A stretch of 64,000 nucleotides of DNA from Schmidtea nova (Eukaryota), in NCBI GenBank assembly GCA_044892505.1, contig CM097882.1:121272001-121336000 (forward strand), written 5' to 3'. Positions 60,859-64,000 of the stretch are shown here, in pieces. The position numbers and the translations under genes were made by a program. Position 1 is the stretch's first letter; each line of letters begins with the position of its first letter. Below the pieces are notes generated by a model. The model was not told the origin of the DNA. It made no database searches and worked only from the letters and a program-made list of their open reading frames with translations.

Positions 60859-63800
60859 AGTGAAAATTTTCGATTATAAAAAATAGATTTATAATGATTA
60901 TTTTTTTGAAGAATTATTAATTTATTTAATACTTAATTATCTACCAAGGAATCACCATTTTATACTATTATTATATTATTATTACTATTATTATTATTAT
61001 TATTACTATCATAAATATTGATTTGAATAATTTTTGATCTGGAGCTAGAATTATTGAATTGAACAATTTGTACAAGGAATACGTAGAAGCCCATTTTCAG
61101 ATCAGTGATTATGGCCACTTGGTCCGTGTCACTTACAATAGACAGATTGTGTTGGCCCCTAAAAATAATAATAAAATAATATGTGGTTTAACCTGTTATG
61201 ATTAGAATATTATTAATTCTCTGAGGTAGTAAAGCTTATCCTGACAGTTATAGCCCTCTTGTTATTGAATTGAAACTTTTAAAGGTAAATGAATTTGATG
61301 TATAACTGTTTGGATTACGCCCTATTTATTGTCGAATAGGGTGGAGGGGTTTACCCTTTTATTAATTTTGTTACGCGGATTATGTACCTTCTTTACTTAA
61401 TTTCAAAATAATAATTCATACCTTATGAAAGTTTAAAATGGATCTCCAATTTATAATGGAACCCTTGTGTTCAAGCTCATTATAAATTCCAACTAAAGAA
61501 ATAGCGAGCAAATTTTACGAATAAAGGTCGCCGTTGATATTCCAAAGATTTTTCTCGTCTATTTTGAATTTCTCTTTTCTTATTGCGCAAAGGAAGATAC
61601 CATATAACTAACTAGCCATTGGATTAATTTGCGGATGTTAGGAACCAATGAAAATTTTATTTATAGGAAATGGATTTGTTTATGCAGAACGGTAATGCAT
61701 GGCTGTTTCAATAAAAACATGAAGACACAAATCCTTTTCTGCATAACAAATCCTGGAATATAACCTTTTGCATCCAAACAAGATAATCATTATGTCCATG
61801 CATTTGTTACATATGTTTGTATCCATTCCATCCTATTGCAATTCTATACAGACGCCCATGGGAGGAATTGCAGTGTGAAAACCAATTCGATCGGTATAAG
61901 CAAACGTAAACACAGAAATACAAAAAAATATCGTAAAGAAAGTCTCAACTGTAAACAACAGCAATATCAACAAATTCCAAATTGTATCATCGCAAAACAT
62001 TGTATAAATACTGGAGGAAAATATTATTCACGTATTCCTAGTTTAAACGTACATTATTTGTTTCCATTTGAATTTAGCATTTGATAAGGATGGTAAATGA
62101 CTTCCAGGATCCAAATAAATTCTCCGCAAGGGTAATTGGTATGATTGAGGCATCAGAAATTCGAATTTTGCGCCCTCTGGAATTATAGGATAAATATGCC
62201 ATATACGCCATATTGTTACCTGACCCTGCTAACAAGCTGCTGACCACCAGAACAGACATCATCACATTCATTTATATTCTTTTTCAATAAAAAGGTAATA
62301 ATATCTATATAAATTGTTTGAATGTTCGTGGTAGCTATAACTAAAATTATGACGGAAGTCACAAGGTTTTTCAGTAATATAAAATATATTTTACAAAAAA
62401 AACATAAGAACTTTTCGAAAATTATTAAACCTTCATTTCAAAAATATAAACTTGGTTTGATGCATTAAATCAGTGCTTTAATTTGTTGTCTATAATTTTG
62501 GCTTTTATTTTTAAATTTAAATTTTTGTTTCATTTTATTCATTTTTGGCCATCATGGAAGTTATGATATAATTAAATATATCAGTGTTTTAATAATCATT
62601 GTTTGTTTGAATAATAAATATGAGAGAGAGATAGTTTTGAATCGCCATTTTGAATGGATGAAAATAAACTCATAACTGTCGATCACTGTGTTGGGTTCTG
62701 GTGTGTTGGTGAAATGGTAAAAGTTACCAATCAAACATCTGACTCCAAAGCGTGCCTTTTAATTGACCACAATAACAATTAACACTGGGAATTTTATTGA
62801 ATATCACAAATATTTTCTTTAACACTGAATTGACTTAAACTCAGCAGTCTAACCACTGATTATACGGTGCTTATTACGACACGATGGTGAAGAATAGCAC
62901 CTTTGTATAATCTTGGTTCGAACAATCACTCACTACTGAGGGATACAACAATTGGTAATTTAACTGGTTGCTTTCTTGGTTTGACTTGGATTTACGCTGA
63001 ACTTCACTCGATTATTAACTGGATCAGCTTCTGTTGCTTATCTCTTTGTTTCTCTGTCTCTTCTCAACTCTTCTTTGAGTTTCCCTTTTTAAGTTTTGCT
63101 TCAGGTTTCTTTACAATTCTCTTCACTTCTAATTCAACTAATTCTTCTCCCGCTTTCTTTCTCTCACAACTTCTGTCTAAAAGTGTATCTCTCTCCCTTT
63201 TTATAGCTCATCAAATGTTATGGCACTTAAGATAATTTTGCCGTTTTCCATTTTGATTCCCAGACATCTTGTGATTTTCTCCCAATTCCCGTTTTAACTA
63301 TGACAGCTGTCTAGATAATTTCAGATTTTCCTTTTTCATTTTTAAGCCGACTTTTATCCGCACTTCTGTTATCTGACAAGCTGTCGGAATTTTTACCTTC
63401 CTACTTGTTTTTGTTTTCATTTTGCAAATTCCTTTCACGTTTCTGTACTTCTTAATTAGGAATGACCTTTGCTTTTACTTTCTTGTTCGATCGCTTTTGT
63501 CTGTTTCCAACTTCTCATTTTCCAAGTCTTGATTGTGTCTTTTTCTTCTCCGGACTCCAAAAGATCACATTATTTATCCAACCAATTTTCCCCCAGGTAA
63601 TTTTATTGATTATATTTTATTTTGTATTTTAGGTATCCTCAACAACTGTAAAAATATTAATGTCGTTATGGTGGTTGCAACTTTAGTTGCCCATACGACG
63701 TTTGACTGGAAGACTGGAAATCTTTCTTGTAATACAACAATTTAAAAGAAATAATATTGTAACATTCTGTTTGAGGTACAAAAACCATGATAAAATAACA

Positions 63801-64000
63801 AGTGAAGTATTTATTTATTTGGTTTTACAGATGATTATTCTCTGTTTTATCTTTTTCAAAAGCGTTTCTTTTCTCTCTCTAAAACGGGTTTCTCTCTCTC
63901 GGGTTTCCTTCATCGCTTGAGTTTCTCATTGCCTCAGGCTTTCCATTGAGCGATTAATTAATTTTAAATTTTTGATAAATTTTAATTAATTTTTGCACTT

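Noticed and set aside
61560-63240. Possible membrane-protein exons and a purine-rich minus-strand exon
   Set aside because: Short frames without identifiable homology; insufficient support.

Overview
AT-rich metazoan genomic DNA (a TGF-beta family gene with 46- and 49-nt introns) dominated by nested transposons, with many N runs. The standout is an apparently young 8.7-kb non-autonomous BEL/Pao-derived LTR element at 47513-56196 (minus strand). It has two 2566-bp LTRs, a tRNA-iMet PBS, a PPT and a CTAAG target-site duplication, and it is inserted in the RT of a decayed gypsy element. A single 1572-aa ORF starts inside the 5' LTR and reads through the PBS. It fuses an unknown domain, a partial FHA, an Hsp90 middle-domain fragment, a ubiquitin flanked by two LRLRGG sites, a Pao Gag (DUF1759-like), a long coiled coil and in-frame Pol remnants. 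Also present: an 11.3-kb element with Polinton/Maverick-type ends (AGTAG termini, 6-bp TSD) containing a 2.2-kb internal inverted repeat and a decayed protease-like relic; Penelope-like retroelements with variant minimal hammerhead motifs; decayed gypsy, mariner and hAT elements; and a TMEM131-like pseudogene fragment. All family assignments come from motif recognition by eye; no database searches were run.
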